64,000 nt of DNA, taken from assembly GCA_001002135.1 (NCBI GenBank), contig LCLP01000003.1:41198-105197 (forward strand). The letters run 5' to 3'. Positions 63,071-64,000 of this stretch are shown here, in pieces. The stretch is from Candidatus Pacebacteria bacterium GW2011_GWA1_46_10 (GTDB taxonomy: Bacteria > Patescibacteriota > Microgenomatia > UBA1400 > PJMF01). The notes beneath the pieces are model-generated. The model was not told where the DNA came from. It did no database searches and saw only the letters and a list, made by a program, of their open reading frames with translations. The position numbers and the translations under genes are program-made. Each line of letters starts with the position of its first letter. Position 1 is the first letter of the stretch.

Positions 63071-63956
63071 AACTGCTATACTTTTTCTCATGTCTTGGCT
63101 GGTATACGCTTTCCTTGCGACTGCTATTTACTCTCTCCAAATAGTGCTCCAACGCGGCACGGCAGTCGAAAGTAGCAATCCCCGTGTGACCGCTTTTATT
63201 TTCAGTTCTTTTGCCATCCTCATCACTGCTTTGATCGTCATCACTAAAGGCACTTATCAGGCCGGCTTTCCCACTGACCCACTCGCTTGGTTGGTGCTCG
63301 CTTTTGGTGCTACTACCTACGGTCTTTTTGAGCGCCACCGGTTTAAAGCGGCCAAACTACTTGAGGTGTCGGTCTTTGATACCATTCTCAACTTCGGTGT
63401 GGTGATTGCTTTTTTCGGCGGCGCCATTTTGTACCATGAGCCACTAACTCTGGAAACTCTCAGTGGCGGCTTGTTGATTATTACTTCGCTTTTTATTGTT
63501 TCATATCAAAAAAAACAAGCGATTACTATCCCGCTCAAAAACATTATTTTTGGCGTTTTAGTCAGCACTGCTCTTGGTTTGGGTTGGCTGGTTGACAAAA
63601 TGGGCGCGACCTACTTCAACTCTGAGATGTACGGTTTATTAGTTTGGTTTTTCCCCTTACCGCTGATTGCTTATCCCTCGATCACGCTGAGAGATTTTAA
63701 AAATGAACCAAAAACAGTCTGGTGTGAGACACTGCTACTGGCTACCCTTAACGCACTGGCCTACTACGCCATGCTCGAAGCTTTGCGGCTCGCGGGAACG
63801 CAGTCGGATTCCACAGAAAATTTTAGCCAGTGTACTTGGGGTAATTGGGGTCTATCTATTAGTGTGAGGTCGCGCTACCACTCTGCTCACTGGCACTACC
63901 GACTTCTTTGTCACTACCAGTTGTTTAGTACTCTCCACCTCTACCATTGTCATTAA
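63048..63956 (+). CDS. DMT/EamA-like membrane protein; 3' end probably frameshifted
   Basis: TM-rich until ~63810; called frame then yields His/Cys-rich non-membrane tail, while the +1 frame reads ..QKILASVLGVIGVYLLV* (stop 63865-63867), a typical EamA C-terminus. Confidence 0.5.
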   Translation: MATESEIKTAILFLMSWLVYAFLATAIYSLQIVLQRGTAVESSNPRVTAFIFSSFAILITALIVITKGTYQAGFPTDPLAWLVLAFGATTYGLFERHRFKAAKLLEVSVFDTILNFGVVIAFFGGAILYHEPLTLETLSGGLLIITSLFIVSYQKKQAITIPLKNIIFGVLVSTALGLGWLVDKMGATYFNSEMYGLLVWFFPLPLIAYPSITLRDFKNEPKTVWCETLLLATLNALAYYAMLEALRLAGTQSDSTENFSQCTWGNWGLSISVRSRYHSAHWHYRLLCHYQLFSTLHLYHCH

Positions 63957-64000
63957 TACCTGCCGGCAAAGGTTCTGCTCCTGGCAACGCCCGATACTCA

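Noticed and set aside
1-64000. Possible UGA recoding (UGA=Gly as in some CPR lineages), prompted by in-frame TGA codons in membrane-protein genes
   Set aside because: TGA cleanly terminates well-conserved genes at expected lengths (M24 peptidase fragment 298-300, GNAT 804-806, HigB-like 60579-60581). The in-frame TGAs are better explained as a pseudogene, an error, or separate ORFs.
1-64000. CRISPR array, rRNA genes, insertion sequences or transposase/integrase genes
   Set aside because: No regularly spaced direct repeats, no rRNA-like conserved blocks, and no ORF with DDE, tyrosine- or serine-recombinase signatures was found. The repeats present are paired regulatory-like elements, not arrays.

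Overview
This is a gene-dense 64-kb bacterial chromosome segment of housekeeping character with several small accessory islets. TGA is used as a stop codon throughout. The gene content is consistent with a reduced-genome, salvage-dependent bacterium, possibly CPR/Patescibacteria-like; that assignment is an inference. Recognisable content includes:
- Translation: hisS, cysS, prfA (RF1), ribosomal proteins L31, S6-SSB-S18 and L28, def-fmt, ychF and an hpf-like gene.
- Nucleotide salvage: purB-purA-guaB; a thymidylate cluster of dCMP-deaminase-like, ThyA-family, tmk and dut genes plus a CofE-like gene, a cytidylyltransferase-like gene and a HIT-like gene; nadD-nadE.
- DNA metabolism: topA, dprA, recR, radC.
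- Envelope: class-B PBP, mreC, mreD, a Wzy_C/TPR protein, glf plus a GT4 glycosyltransferase, ctpA, glmS.
- Other: tgt, an M50 protease, a NUDIX hydrolase, several DMT/EamA transporters.
- One tRNA-Ala(CGC).
No CRISPR array, rRNA or transposase was seen.
The most striking unexplained structure is a pair of paralogous cassettes at about 19.07-19.85 kb and 21.60-22.20 kb on the minus strand. Each has a consensus-like sigma70 promoter, a roughly 280-nt structured leader with covarying stems and an internal UUCG-type terminator hairpin, and a 5' hairpin with loop AUGCAGG. Each then has a strong Shine-Dalgarno, unrelated small ORF(s), and a 3' terminator hairpin whose loop CCUGCAU is exactly complementary to the 5' loop.
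Other notable items:
- A candidate His-codon leader peptide and attenuator upstream of hisS.
- A roughly 340-nt structured glmS leader carrying a GACGAGGA motif, and a 20-nt hairpin shared with the rpsF leader.
- A near-identical 50-nt palindromic element upstream of both an orphan BrnA-like RHH gene and the dut operon.
- A MazEF-like pair.
- A HigB toxin pseudogene with an intact HigA.
- An mTERF-like repeat protein in an AT-rich islet.
- A caspase-like HG...C protein.
- In-frame stop or frameshift candidates in membrane-protein genes.
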